Positions 1-8,383 of a stretch of DNA of 20,000 nucleotides are shown here, one piece after another. The first letter of the stretch is position 1, and each line of letters begins with the position of its first letter. Made by a program: the position numbers and the translations under genes. This DNA is from an uncultured bacterium (GTDB taxonomy: Bacteria > CAYJRR01), in contig CAYJRR010000006.1 in the NCBI GenBank assembly GCA_964372275.1, positions 53,012 through 73,011 of the forward strand. Direction: 5' to 3'. The notes beneath the pieces were generated by a model that did not search any database, was not told the origin of the DNA, and saw only the letters and a program-made list of their open reading frames with translations.

Positions 1-1
1 C

Positions 2-40
2 TTCGACCGCCTGGACGGCGCCGTCTCCCGCCCGGCCTAG
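2..40 (+). CDS. 3' end of a CDS entering from the left (…FDRLDGAVSRPA*), product unknown
   Basis: Frame starting at 2 reads ttc gac cgc ctg gac ggc gcc gtc tcc cgc ccg gcc tag, with G/C at every third position. The TAG (38-40) lies within the CTAG that starts the palindromic element. Confidence 0.5.
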   Translation, partial: FDRLDGAVSRPA

Positions 41-218
41 CCTGCATTTCTCACCAGGCGCCTACTGCGGCGCGCGATCCCGGGGCTGCGGCGGGCGGGC
101 TCGTCGCTGCGCTGCTCTGCATACTGCAAGTATGCGTCCGCTGCTCGCTCCTCGCGCGCCCGCCTCGCCTCCGGTCTCGCGCGCCTCGCGACGGCGCCTG
201 GTGAGAAATGCAGGCTAG
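37..218. mobile_element. MITE/REP-like 182-bp palindromic element with 26-bp perfect terminal inverted repeats, CTAG at both ends
   Basis: 37-62 CTAGCCTGCATTTCTCACCAGGCGCC is the exact reverse complement of 193-218. There are further internal paired blocks (ggcgcgcga/tcgcgcgcc, ggcgggcg/cgcccgcc) and a central hairpin GCATACT-gca-AGTATGC (119-135). No transposase is encoded. Confidence 0.75.
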
Positions 219-254
219 AAGCCCCGGGGGCTCCTGCGTGCCCCCCGGCGGCGG

Positions 255-1281
255 CTACTCGTAGCAGTAGGAGTAGGACTCCTTCGTTCCGAACGTCAGG
301 TTCGAGCCGGCGTAGAGGATCGTGACGGTGCCGGTCCCCGGCGTCGGCTCGGCCCCCTCGGAGAGGTCCGAGACGACGCCGGTGAAGGTGCCGCGGCCGT
401 CGGTGGCGTTCGTCAGCTCGAAGTCGTCGTAGTTCGAGTAGATCTGCGGCTCGGTGTCGGTGAAGACGACTCCGCTCCCGGGATCGACGCCGTCGACCGC
501 GAGCGTGAACTCGCCGCCGGAGGCCATCCCGGCGGCGATCCAGTCGTCGAGCTCCGGGTCGTAGCCGTAGGCGAAGATCCCCCAGTTGGCGCTCAGGTTG
601 TAGTCGACCGTCCCGGTCGTCCAACTCGAGACCGGAACGTCGAGCACGTACCAGTTCTCCAGACCGGGGGACATGGCGGTGGAGATCCACATCACCCGGC
701 AGTAGTCGGGCGTGGAAGGCGGCGGGGGCGGCGGCGGCGGGATGTCCCCGGTGCGATCGAGGTCGAAGAGGAGCTCCGTCTCGCACGGGATGGAGATCTC
801 CAGGTCGTACAGCTCGTCGAGCGCCTGCGCGCAGGCCTCCCCCTCCGCGACCTCGAGCGTGTGGAGGCGGCGGGCGTCGACCCGGTCGTCGCCGGGGATC
901 GTCCCTTCGAACGCGGTGCGGACGGTCAGCACGCAGTCGTATCCGAATCCCGTGAAGTCGGACTGCTGCTCCGTCTCGGCGTCGACGCGGTTCCGGGTCA
1001 CCGTCCCCTCGAGTCCCATCAGGGAGATCGCCTCGTCGTCGACGACGACGTCGAACGAGCTGCCTTCGAGCGTGTAGTCGTCGTCGTAGGAGCGGCAGTC
1101 GTCGGCGGTCATGGTGAAGTCGGACACGGCGTAGACGCCGGTGGTGAGGGTCCCGCCGCTCGAACCTCCTCCGCCCCCGCAGCCGGTGATCGACAGGAGG
1201 ACGGCGCCCGCCAAGCCTCTACCCTGATTTCCTCACCCGCCTCCGGAGGCGGCCCGGGATCCCGGGGACGCCGGTGGACAT
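255..1281 (-). CDS. Two-domain acidic lipoprotein with poly-Pro linker; apparent frameshift in the signal peptide (intact ORF 255-1214)
   Basis: Lipobox-like LLSITG-C followed by a Gly/Ser tether, an acidic Cys-containing domain, a PPPPPPPP linker and an aromatic beta-rich domain. The basic N-region (MSTGVPGIPGRLRRRVRKSG) starts at ATG 1281 in a different frame and stops at 1221-1219. Confidence 0.75.
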
Positions 1282-1287
1282 CCCTTC

Positions 1288-1293
1288 ATTCTA
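1288..1293 (-). promoter_or_regulatory. -10 box TAGAAT, putative leaderless start at ATG 1281
   Basis: TAGAAT is followed by 6 nt and then ATG, with no SD sequence. Confidence 0.5.
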
Positions 1294-1383
1294 CCGCCGG
1301 CCGCCGGGCCGGAGCGCGCCGATTCGACGCCGGGAATTTTCGTGCGGCGCGAGGGGTCTCGTGCGTCACCCAAGGAGGAGCTC

Positions 1384-1941
1384 ATGAGATCGATCCTGTT
1401 CGTCGCCGCAAGCCTGTCGGGGATCGCCGCGTCCACGCTCGGGAGCGGCGCCGCCGACGCCCATCCGCATGCCGGTGCGGGCGAGATGCCGCCGTTCGAG
1501 CGCGAATTTCGCGTCCTGTTCGACCGCTTCGGACGTGGCGGCCGGCTCGGGGTGCAGGTCCAGTCGATGAGCCCGGAGCTGCGGGACTACTTCGGGGCGC
1601 CGAACGACGCGGGAGTGCTGGTCAGCTCGGTCGTGGCCGGAAGCCCCGCCGAGAAGGCCGGCTTCAAGGCGGGGGACGTGATTCTCGACGTCGACGGCGA
1701 GAAGGTCGCCGCCGCCGCCGACCTCCCCCGCGAGCGGGGGGGGCCGGAGGGGGGGGCGGAGGTGATGCTGACCGTCCTTCGCGATCGCAAGAAGAACTCC
1801 CTCACCGCCAAGATCGAGGAGCGCGGCGAGGTCCCGTACCTCCCCGGCACCTGGGGCGGCGACCGCAAGCGGATCGAAGGACTGGAGGAACGGATCCGCA
1901 CCCTCGAGCGCCGCCTCGACCGGCTGGACAAGAAGCGCTAG
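1384..1941 (+). CDS. Exported PDZ-domain protein (HtrA-type PDZ without protease domain) with C-terminal coiled coil
   Basis: SD AAGGAGGAG before ATG 1384. Signal peptide, then GRLGVQVQSMSPELRDYFG…GVLVSSVVAGSPAEKAGFKAGDVILDVDG (DegP-like PDZ signature), then the heptad IEGLEERIRTLERRLDRL. Confidence 0.85.
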   Translation: MRSILFVAASLSGIAASTLGSGAADAHPHAGAGEMPPFEREFRVLFDRFGRGGRLGVQVQSMSPELRDYFGAPNDAGVLVSSVVAGSPAEKAGFKAGDVILDVDGEKVAAAADLPRERGGPEGGAEVMLTVLRDRKKNSLTAKIEERGEVPYLPGTWGGDRKRIEGLEERIRTLERRLDRLDKKR

Positions 1942-3413
1942 TCGATCTCGACGAAGACCTGGGTCACCTTGCCCAGGTCGTCGACCGTCGCTTCGGTGTA
2001 AAGGCCGTAGACGCGGCCGGTGAAGACCGTCCCGTGCGCGATCGGGTGCGCGCCGTAGCCGCCGGTGTTCTGGAAGTTCGCGACGTCCGCTTCGACGGCG
2101 GTCTTCACCTGGTTCCAGGTCTTTCCGAACGTCTCCTGCCACGCCGCGCTCTTCACCAGCTCGTCCTGCCAGTAGGCGAGAATCCCGAGCTTGGCTCGCG
2201 CCAGCTTCTGCGCCACCGTCTTCGACGGCACGAAGCTCAAGGCCCCCGCCGGGTAGTCGGTCTTCGCCGCCAGCTGCAGCCCCCGGGCGTAGCTGACGAA
2301 GGCGTCGCGCGCCGCGAACGACGAGGAGTAGGCGCGCCCGACCTCGGACGGCGCGTAGGCGTCGATTCGTTGGCGGATCCCGTGGACGATCGCCGTCGCT
2401 GTCGACCCGGCGTAGGAGAGATCGCCGGTGACGTCGGTCAGCAGGTGGATCATCGAGAGGCGCCACGCCAGATCGTCGGAGACGATCCCCTTGGCGTGGG
2501 TGGCGAACGACTGCGCGGCCGGCGCGGTCACGACGTAGACGACGGCGTCGGCATAGGCCTCCCCCAGCGTCTTCAACCGGCTCATCGTGAGCGGGCCGAT
2601 GCCGCCGGCCGCGGCGACCTGCGCCAGCGACGGCCACACCCGACCGTCGATCAGCAGCGTCGACTGGGGGCTAAAGATCCCGACCGACGACAATGCGTCG
2701 AGGTTCGCGTCGTTCGCTGCCGCCAGGGCGCGCGCCGCTTCGAGGTGGGTGAAGCCGACGCCGTCGTAGACCTCGAGCGGCGTTCCGTTCTCCTGCCAGG
2801 TGGGAAGGAACGACCGGATCTTCCGCAGCGCCGACGGGCCGACGTAGGCGACCCCCGCCAGCGCGTTCATCGAGCCGATCGGCCGCGCCGAGACGACGTT
2901 CTGCGCCGCTCGCTGGTCGAGTCCGACGTCGTCGTCGAGAAGCGCCTCCGAGGCCGCGTTCGCCAGGTCGAGCGCCAGCGCCACCTGTCCCGCGGTGAAG
3001 GCCACCCCCTCGAAGGTCCCCCCTTGGTAGGCGAGCCATCCCTGCCGCTCGACGTAGTCGACGATCTTCTCCATCCCCGACGGACCGACGTAGGGAACGG
3101 AATCGACCTCGCCGAGGGTGTCGAACGGGTCGTCGTCGGCGGTGCCGGCCAGGCCGTCGCCGCCATCGCGATGCGCGATCAACCCGTCGGCGGCCCGGCG
3201 GTCGAGCGCGACCTCCACGTCGAGTAACGCTGCATCGGTCGCGCGGTCGTTCAGGAACTCGAGGACGGCGTTCTCCGCCGGTGGGCCGGGTTCCACGTCC
3301 GCCACGTCGTCGTGCGCCGTCGTCGACGCGGGACCTGGCCCGCAGGCGGTGGCGAGGAGGGTGGAAACGACCAGGACGGCGGCGGGCGACGGACGGCGAA
3401 CGAACGACCTCAT
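1938..3413 (-). CDS. Lipoprotein with three tandem ComEA-like helix-hairpin-helix domains plus an uncharacterised C-terminal domain
   Basis: ATG 3413 after GGAG. Lipobox LLATA-C. Three repeats of pattern N-x-A…L…(G/A)L/I…A…I/V…R…L…V-x-x-(V/I)GP…K/RL. The stop overlaps the PDZ gene stop at CTAG 1938-1941. Confidence 0.8.
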   Translation of the reverse strand: MRSFVRRPSPAAVLVVSTLLATACGPGPASTTAHDDVADVEPGPPAENAVLEFLNDRATDAALLDVEVALDRRAADGLIAHRDGGDGLAGTADDDPFDTLGEVDSVPYVGPSGMEKIVDYVERQGWLAYQGGTFEGVAFTAGQVALALDLANAASEALLDDDVGLDQRAAQNVVSARPIGSMNALAGVAYVGPSALRKIRSFLPTWQENGTPLEVYDGVGFTHLEAARALAAANDANLDALSSVGIFSPQSTLLIDGRVWPSLAQVAAAGGIGPLTMSRLKTLGEAYADAVVYVVTAPAAQSFATHAKGIVSDDLAWRLSMIHLLTDVTGDLSYAGSTATAIVHGIRQRIDAYAPSEVGRAYSSSFAARDAFVSYARGLQLAAKTDYPAGALSFVPSKTVAQKLARAKLGILAYWQDELVKSAAWQETFGKTWNQVKTAVEADVANFQNTGGYGAHPIAHGTVFTGRVYGLYTEATVDDLGKVTQVFVEID

Positions 3414-3460
3414 CGAGCTTTTTTCTCCAGACCGAAGAACGCGTGGATGCCGCGGCGACG

Positions 3461-3476
3461 AGCAGGGAACGTTCCA
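3461..3476 (-). promoter_or_regulatory. Putative sigma54 -24/-12 promoter for the HhH lipoprotein gene
   Basis: TGGAACGTTCCCTGCT = GG-N10-GC, about 50 nt upstream of ATG 3413. Confidence 0.55.
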
Positions 3477-3786
3477 ACCGCGCCGAAACGCTTCGCCTTC
3501 GTTCGAACTCCCCGGATTTCCTCGCTTCCCTCCGAGCCCACCGGCCGGTCGTCGGCCCGATTCCATGTCGTCTCTACACGGGGTGTCTTCGGATTGGACG
3601 ACAGGCAGAAAAAACAACACAAAATCATATCTCTGCAAATCCGAGGCGCCGTCTTGAACGGCGACGCTCGCCGCCGTGAGACCGCCGCGTTTTTTTGTGC
3701 GACCCCGGGCCAGCCCGTGCGTCCAGGGGTGAACGGCCGGCCCGGGACGATCCACCCACGGCAACCGGCCCGCGAAAGGGGCCTGC

Positions 3787-4572
3787 ATGAAACGCATTCG
3801 ACTGCTTCTCGGCTTCGTCTGTTTGAGTATCTCGCCGATCGTGGCCGGTTGTGCCGCCGACGGAACCGGGAGCGACGGTGCCGAGTCGGACGACACGGGG
3901 GATGACGACGACGTGGCCGGAGACGACGACGATTCGGCCGGCGACGACGACGACGATGACGTCGGTTCGGGCGTCGCGCTCGGACCGATGTCGAACCTTC
4001 ACCTCTGGAAGGACGGCTGCTCGTCCCAGCTCTGGGGCCGCTGGACCAGCGACGACGACTACCAGCTCGACTTCATCCAGTTGAAGGACTCCGACGGGAA
4101 CGTCGTCGCGTCCAAGACGTACTACGACCTGACGTTCAGCGCCGGCTTCGACGAGGCCTGGATGTTCTTCGACGACGCGACCTTTTCCGACACGCAGTAC
4201 AGCGTCTTCGTCGACTTCGCTTCGCAGCCGGACGCCACCGCGTCGATCACCCTCGATCCGGGTTTCTACACCGACGATTCGCGCTTCGATCCCGGCGCGG
4301 TGTTGCAGAGCGGCCCGGACGGCGGGCTCGCGGTCTACGTCACGCCGTCGTTCAATGGCACCGTGCAGCGGGTGATGGTCTACGACGATTCGTGGTGCCG
4401 GCAGTCGTGGAAGGTGTTCTACACCGAGCCGGCGTTGTCGAACGGCTCCAGCACGCGGCTCGACCTCGGAGGTTTCTACGAGTCGGGCACGTCGCTGAAC
4501 CTGACGATCGAAGGGGTGAACACGGGCACGAACTACACCTACTACGGGACGGCCGCGATCGTCGTACCGTGA
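3787..4572 (+). CDS. Lipoprotein with Asp-rich GDDDD linker and beta-rich C-terminal domain, function unknown
   Basis: MKRIRLLLGFVCLSISPIVAG-C lipobox, AAAGGGG SD, acidic tether, then an aromatic-rich domain with two Cys. Confidence 0.85.
   Translation: MKRIRLLLGFVCLSISPIVAGCAADGTGSDGAESDDTGDDDDVAGDDDDSAGDDDDDDVGSGVALGPMSNLHLWKDGCSSQLWGRWTSDDDYQLDFIQLKDSDGNVVASKTYYDLTFSAGFDEAWMFFDDATFSDTQYSVFVDFASQPDATASITLDPGFYTDDSRFDPGAVLQSGPDGGLAVYVTPSFNGTVQRVMVYDDSWCRQSWKVFYTEPALSNGSSTRLDLGGFYESGTSLNLTIEGVNTGTNYTYYGTAAIVVP
3889..3960 (+). repeat. Low-complexity (GAC/GAT)n repeat encoding three GDDDD units
   Basis: DDTGDDDDVAGDDDDSAGDDDDDD in the translation. Confidence 0.8.
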
Positions 4573-4591
4573 ACGCAGGAGCGGAGCGGGC

Positions 4592-7414
4592 TCACCAGGA
4601 TTTCTGCCGCGCGAGCCAGTCCTCGATCCGGGTCTTTCGCGCGGCGCCCCGTTCGCCGGCGTGCGCGGCGTCGTCGAGCGCGCCCAAGGCCAGCGTCCGG
4701 GCCCGCGCGCGGTCGCGCCCGGACTCGACTTCGGCGCGGGCGAGCGCGAACCGGACGTCGGCCAGGTCGGTACGGTCGCTGCTCTTCCCCTCGCGAAGCA
4801 GGAGCGCGCGCTCGAGCGGTGGCAGCGCCTGCGCCGGCCGACCGAGGGCGAGCTCGCAGCGGCCGATCCCGGTGAGCGCATACGCGACCCGCGGATGGTC
4901 GGCGCCGAGGGTCTTCTCCCAGATCGCGCGCGCACGATGGAACGAATCGAGCGCGTCCTGGGGCCGTCCCAGCTCCAGCAGCGCTTCGGCCAGGTTGTTC
5001 AGCGACGATGCCGTCTGCGCGTGGTCCGGTCCGTAGGCCTTCTCCTTGATCGCCACGGCGCGGCGGTGGAGCTGGAGAGCCTCGGCGAACCGTCCCTGTT
5101 CCTGGAGCACCGAGCCGACGTTCGTGAGCGCGCTCGCGACCAGCGCGTGCTCCGGCCCGAGCGCGGACTCGAGGATCGCCAGGGCGCGCCGATGGCACGC
5201 GAGCGACTCCTCCGCGCGCCCCATCGCCCAGTGCAGCGTTCCGAGGTTGGTGAGGGAGCGGCCGACCGCCGGGTGCTGGCCCCCGAGCACGCGCTCGTTG
5301 ATCTCGAGCGCGCGGCGGTGCGCCTCGAGCGCTTCGTCGAACCGGCCGAGGTCGTTGGCCACGATCCCGAGGTTGTTGAGCGCCTGCGCCACGCGCGGAT
5401 GATCGGAACCGGCCACGGCCGTTCGCAGGTCGATGGAGCGTCGGATCCGCGGGAGCGCCTCCTCCGACTTGCCCTGATGCCAGAGAAGGACCCCCCAGTG
5501 CTCCTCGAGAAGCGCGCGCAGCGACGGATCGCCGCCGCCCATCCGCTCCAGGATCGCGTCGGCGAGCTTCGCGTGCCGAACGCCCTCCTCCGCGCGGCCA
5601 CGTCGATAGCCGGCGACCCATGCCAAGTCGGTGTGGATCTCCGCCAGCAGCTCGTCGTGGCGCCCGCGCTCGGCGGCCAGCAGGGCGTCGGAGAGCAGCC
5701 GCTCGGCGCGCTCGTACCCCCCCTGGTCGTCGGCGATGCGCGCTTCGAGGTGCGTCGACTCCGCGATCACCGGCGGCCAGCCCGCCGCGTTCGCCCTCCG
5801 CGACAGGTCCTCCGCCAGCGTCGACGCCTCTTCCGTCCGGTCGGTGGAGCGAACCGCGGCGGCGCGGGCCAGGCCTCGCCGGATCTCGTCGACCTCGAGG
5901 CGCGCCGCCGGATCCTCCGGGGGGGGCACGGGAGCGCGCAACGCGGCGAGGTCGGCGCAGCGCTCGATCGCGGGCAGGGCGTGTGCGGAGTCGACTGCCT
6001 TCTGCACCATCTTCGCGTCGGCGGCCGCGAACAGCTCGCTCAACGCGGCGAGCTGCGCGCGCCGCCGTTCGAGGCACCCCATTCGCAGGTCGAGCGCCTC
6101 CTCGGACTGCTCGCCCCGCACCCGCGTCGCCTCGCAGGCATCGCGATGCATGCGGATCCATTCGGCGGCGTAGGGATCGAGGGCGCGGGCGACGCCGTCG
6201 AACGCCGCCCCGGCGAACGACTTGCCCGTCGCGAGGAACGCCGCCCGGGTCTCCTCCTTCCGCTTCGGATCCCACACCCCTTCGAGCTTCCGTTCGGCGC
6301 CTCCACAGGTGAGGCCGGCGCTCGCGTAGTAGCGATCGACCGCGAGCGCGGAAAGGCCCGCCAACGCCAACGCCGCGGCGGCGACCCGGCGGCGGCGTCT
6401 CGACAGGTCCGGATCCCGGGCCAAGTCGGCGATCAGCGCGTCGATCGACGGGTACCGGTCGGCCGAAGACGGGGCGAGCCCTCGCGCGACCACCGCCCGA
6501 AGCCATGCGGGAACGGCCGACTCCGCGGGCCAGGCCACGGTCGCGCCCGCCGCAGGGCCGGCGAACGGCCGAGACCCGGTGAGCGCCTCGTGGAGCGCGA
6601 CGCAGAACGCGAACTGATCGCTGCGCGGATCGGGCGGCGCGCCGTCGAACTGCTCGGGGGCCATGTAGGCCGGCGTTCCGGCCAGGACGCCCGGCCGCGT
6701 CAGCGGGGTCGAGAGGCGGTCCTGCGGGGAGGTCGGCGCCGGGGCCGCGTCGTCGGACGGCTCCGCCGCCGCCCCCCTCGCCAGACCGAAATCGGTGACG
6801 CGGACCCGCCCGTCGGCGCCGACCAGGACGTTGGCCGGTTTGAAGTCGCGATGGACGAGCCCCGCGGCGTGGGCCGCGGAGAGTCCGCGAGCCGCCTGCA
6901 GGAAGACGCCTCGAACCTCGCGCCAATCGCGGGGCCGCGCGCCCAGCCACTCCTTCAGGGTCGTCCCTTCGACGAACCCCATCGCCAGGAAGACCCGATC
7001 GCCGGTCGTTCCGACGTCGTACACGGGGACGACGTTGTCGTGGGAGAGCTTCGCCAGCGCCTGCGCCTCCCGCAGGAGACGCGCGGCTCCGTCGGAGCCA
7101 TCGCCCGCCAGCTCCGGATGGAGCAGCTTGAGGGCGACCTTTCGATCGAGCGCCGGATCGACGGCGGCGTACACCACCCCCATGCCGCCGGCGCCGACGC
7201 GCTCCAGGACGACGTAGCGTCCGAGCGTCGCGCCGCGGGCAAGCTCCTCCGGCTCCGTTTCCGCCGACGCCGGCGGGAGGGCCTCGGCGAGCGAGGCGAC
7301 CAGGCGCCGGCAATCGGAGCAGGCGTCGAGGTGCGCCTCGATCGCCGCCATCTCGGCCGCCGGCAGTCGGCGCTCCGCGTATTCGACGAGCCGATTCTCG
7401 TCCGGATGATTCAC
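4592..7414 (-). CDS. Membrane Ser/Thr protein kinase with N-terminal HxxxCxxC zinc finger and C-terminal TPR array
   Basis: GTG 7414 overlaps the sigma gene stop (GTGA). Motifs: HLDACSDC, GAGGMGVVY, VALK, HRDFKPANV, DFG, GTPAYMAPE, one TM segment (VAAAALALAGLSALAV), and repeated ALNNLG…LG-x-HP TPR units. Confidence 0.93.
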   Translation of the reverse strand: MNHPDENRLVEYAERRLPAAEMAAIEAHLDACSDCRRLVASLAEALPPASAETEPEELARGATLGRYVVLERVGAGGMGVVYAAVDPALDRKVALKLLHPELAGDGSDGAARLLREAQALAKLSHDNVVPVYDVGTTGDRVFLAMGFVEGTTLKEWLGARPRDWREVRGVFLQAARGLSAAHAAGLVHRDFKPANVLVGADGRVRVTDFGLARGAAAEPSDDAAPAPTSPQDRLSTPLTRPGVLAGTPAYMAPEQFDGAPPDPRSDQFAFCVALHEALTGSRPFAGPAAGATVAWPAESAVPAWLRAVVARGLAPSSADRYPSIDALIADLARDPDLSRRRRRVAAAALALAGLSALAVDRYYASAGLTCGGAERKLEGVWDPKRKEETRAAFLATGKSFAGAAFDGVARALDPYAAEWIRMHRDACEATRVRGEQSEEALDLRMGCLERRRAQLAALSELFAAADAKMVQKAVDSAHALPAIERCADLAALRAPVPPPEDPAARLEVDEIRRGLARAAAVRSTDRTEEASTLAEDLSRRANAAGWPPVIAESTHLEARIADDQGGYERAERLLSDALLAAERGRHDELLAEIHTDLAWVAGYRRGRAEEGVRHAKLADAILERMGGGDPSLRALLEEHWGVLLWHQGKSEEALPRIRRSIDLRTAVAGSDHPRVAQALNNLGIVANDLGRFDEALEAHRRALEINERVLGGQHPAVGRSLTNLGTLHWAMGRAEESLACHRRALAILESALGPEHALVASALTNVGSVLQEQGRFAEALQLHRRAVAIKEKAYGPDHAQTASSLNNLAEALLELGRPQDALDSFHRARAIWEKTLGADHPRVAYALTGIGRCELALGRPAQALPPLERALLLREGKSSDRTDLADVRFALARAEVESGRDRARARTLALGALDDAAHAGERGAARKTRIEDWLARQKSW

Positions 7415-8313
7415 CGTTCCTCGTGATCCGGACCGCTGCGGAGCAGCGCGGAGAGGGTGACGTCGATCCGGCTTTGGACCAGCCGCAAGAGACTCTCGAG
7501 CTCCGGTCCCGCGATACCGAGTCGACGAAGCAGCCGGCGTTTCGTCCCGGAAAGGATCTTCTCGCGCGCCTTCTCCAACCATCGCGCGGCCGTCGCCCGA
7601 TGGACGTCGTGCAATGCGCCGATGGCGTCGATCCCCAGACCGTCGATCAGCTGGTAACGAAGAACGGTTCGCTCTCGCGGGGACAACGCCGCGAGCGACT
7701 CCTTGAACGCCTCCTGGAAGTCGACGCGGTATCGCTCCTTGATCCGTTCCATCTCCGGATCCGCGCCCATCCCGTCCGCCAACGGTCCGACCTCCTCGAT
7801 CGGACGCTCCCGCTGCTGGCGCCGGAGGAGGTCGACCGCCTCGCGGAACGCGCTGGCGCGGACCCACCCCGCCAGCGCCCCCCGCCCGCGGTACTCGGCG
7901 ATGCGCGGCGGCCGGTCGCCGTCGGGGAGCAGGAGCTTGTGCCGGAGACGGGCGCGAATCTCGTCCGCGATGTCGGGGGCCACGCGAAGACGGACCAACG
8001 CCGCATCGACCTCGTCACGATGCCGTTCCTCGAACGCTTCGACGGCGACCGCGTCACCAACGGCGCATGCGAAGGCGAGGAACAGGTCTCCGGCACGCAC
8101 CGCCGCGAGCGATTCGGCGAGATCGCGGTCCCCGGGAAGAACGCGCGCGAGGTGCGCGACGAACCCTTCGGCCGACGCCGTGAGCGTCGGCCATTCGGAC
8201 GTCGCCGCGGCGACGATCCGCACGAGCGTCGGTTCGAGCTCGCCGAATCCGGCCGCGCCCGTCCGGAGCGGCTCGTCCAGGGCGGCCAGGAAGGTCGGCG
8301 CGAGCGGTTGCAC
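7411..8313 (-). CDS. ECF-type RNA polymerase sigma-70 factor, Myxococcales-type (TIGR03001-like)
   Basis: DLFLAFACAVGDAVAVEAFE, YRGRGALAGWVRASAFREAVD (region 2), and LSPRERTVLR…GLGIDAIGALHDVHRATAARWL (region 4 HTH). Family assignment is from recall of motifs. Confidence 0.88.
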   Translation of the reverse strand: MQPLAPTFLAALDEPLRTGAAGFGELEPTLVRIVAAATSEWPTLTASAEGFVAHLARVLPGDRDLAESLAAVRAGDLFLAFACAVGDAVAVEAFEERHRDEVDAALVRLRVAPDIADEIRARLRHKLLLPDGDRPPRIAEYRGRGALAGWVRASAFREAVDLLRRQQRERPIEEVGPLADGMGADPEMERIKERYRVDFQEAFKESLAALSPRERTVLRYQLIDGLGIDAIGALHDVHRATAARWLEKAREKILSGTKRRLLRRLGIAGPELESLLRLVQSRIDVTLSALLRSGPDHEER

Positions 8314-8321
8314 GGCGTCCG

Positions 8322-8327
8322 ATCCTA
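8322..8327 (-). promoter_or_regulatory. -10 box TAGGAT, putative leaderless/near-leaderless start of the sigma gene
   Basis: TAGGAT lies 8 nt before GTG 8313, with no SD. Confidence 0.4.
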
Positions 8328-8383
8328 GTCTCGCCCGGCCGAAGTCGTCACGGTACCGGGACGGCGCGTCCGGCGCTCCGCGG

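Noticed and set aside
37..786. 249-aa ORF reading through the palindromic element, as a possible transposase
   Set aside because: No DDE or HUH motifs; it is an alternate frame of the lipoprotein gene.
1720..1765. G-run cluster in the PDZ gene as a G-quadruplex or phase-variable tract
   Set aside because: The frame is intact and the residues deviate from the PDZ consensus in a way that suggests base-calling errors; cannot be supported without reads.
861..3227. 788-aa + strand ORF
   Set aside because: Arg/Gly-rich shadow frame overlapping three well-supported genes; long stop-free frames are expected in very GC-rich DNA.
3755..3786. GGCAAC…GAAA hairpin resembling a c-di-GMP-I riboswitch
   Set aside because: It lacks the following GACGCAAA/P3 elements, and the segment is explained as the SD region of the 3787 gene.
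3414..3896. 161-aa N-terminal extension of the HhH lipoprotein in the ORF track
   Set aside because: It overlaps the divergent gene and promoter region; SD, signal peptide and sigma54 motif all point to ATG 3413.
4900..5420. Periodic sequence similarity, considered as a possible CRISPR or tandem array
   Set aside because: Explained by in-frame TPR repeats; there are no identical repeats with unique spacers.
4542..7426. 921-aa (+) and 923-aa (-) ORFs over the kinase
   Set aside because: Antisense and alternate-frame shadows with no motifs; the kinase frame carries all the signatures.
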